Of a DNA stretch of 64,000 nucleotides, positions 63,247 to 64,000 are shown piece by piece. Each line of letters starts with the position of its first letter. The stretch's first letter is position 1. The stretch comes from Stegostoma tigrinum (Eukaryota): NCBI RefSeq assembly GCF_030684315.1, contig NC_081391.1, positions 1,612,001 to 1,676,000 of the forward strand. Reading direction: 5' to 3'. The position numbers and the translations under genes are program-made. The notes below the pieces were generated by a model. It had not been told where the DNA came from. It did not search any database and was given only the letters and a program-made list of their open reading frames with translations.

Positions 63247-64000
63247 ACAATTTACCAATCCAATGTTCTTAAAACAGCCATCATGGAGCTAAATAATCAA
63301 CTTGTTCAGAGATGTTATGACACCTCTGGTGCAAGTGGAACTAAAATATGGGCCTCCAGGCTCAGAGGCTGGGGTAATTAATGTTGTACAAGACCCCCCT
63401 CTTATGGAGCAAAATAAACAGTGTTAACAAATGATTTTTGTTTGTGATTTATTCCATTCCCTCTCTGAAATCAGGGAGGATTCTGGAGCATTGAGAGCAG
63501 GATTCTCCATTTTATTGAACATAGAATCCATAGCTATTATCAACACTGAGCAATGTAGTAGTTAATGAAAACTTGAAAGCTTTGATTTGATTGAACCCTT
63601 CTGGTTTATTGAAGTGGCAAGCCACTGGATAATCGAGATCATTCCTACAGACAGACTGAAAATGTAAACTGTTCATCCAGGGGATATAGTTGTGTGTGTG
63701 GTATCATTATAACAAATTTGATAAAGTGCTATGTAACAGACCTGTCAGCAGAGATAAAGCCTGTGGAATGAAGGAGGCTGAGGCAACATCATTAGAAAGT
63801 TGGCTGAGCGACAGCAAATTGTGAGAAGTAATTTTGGTTTAGGATTATTCCACGGCACAACATCGTGGGCCGAAGGGCCTGTACTGTGCTGTACTTTTCT
63901 CTGTTCTATGTTCTAAAAACAGAAGTTGCTGGAAAAGCTCACCAGGTCTGTGAAGAAAAAAATCAGAGTTACCGTTTTAGGTCCAGTGACCCATCCTCAG

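Overview
Vertebrate genomic DNA, most likely a shark. The basis is dense HE1-like tRNA-derived SINEs, CR1/HER1-like LINEs and Penelope-like elements; the species cannot be determined from sequence. Two host genes lie on the + strand. The first is the single coding exon of MGAT3/GnT-III (CDS 18255-19769, 504 aa) with a ~2.2-kb repeat-free 3'UTR ending at a double AATAAA near 21922; its 5' non-coding exon was not found. The second is the first two coding exons of MICALL1 (36280-36419 and 39690-39738, calponin-homology domain); exon 3 was not found before the window ends. Most of the remainder is decayed, often nested retroelements, and one assembly gap lies at 9410-9571. The most notable observations are: (i) a dozen or more Penelope-associated minimal hammerhead-ribozyme motifs, several inside short palindromic non-coding elements with target-site duplications; (ii) a 42-bp-period tandem array of CTCF-like sites in the MICALL1 promoter, split by one of those elements; (iii) a 113-bp inverted duplication upstream of the MGAT3 coding exon. 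No novel protein-coding system was found. Repeat boundaries are approximate and family names come from recognition, not database searches.
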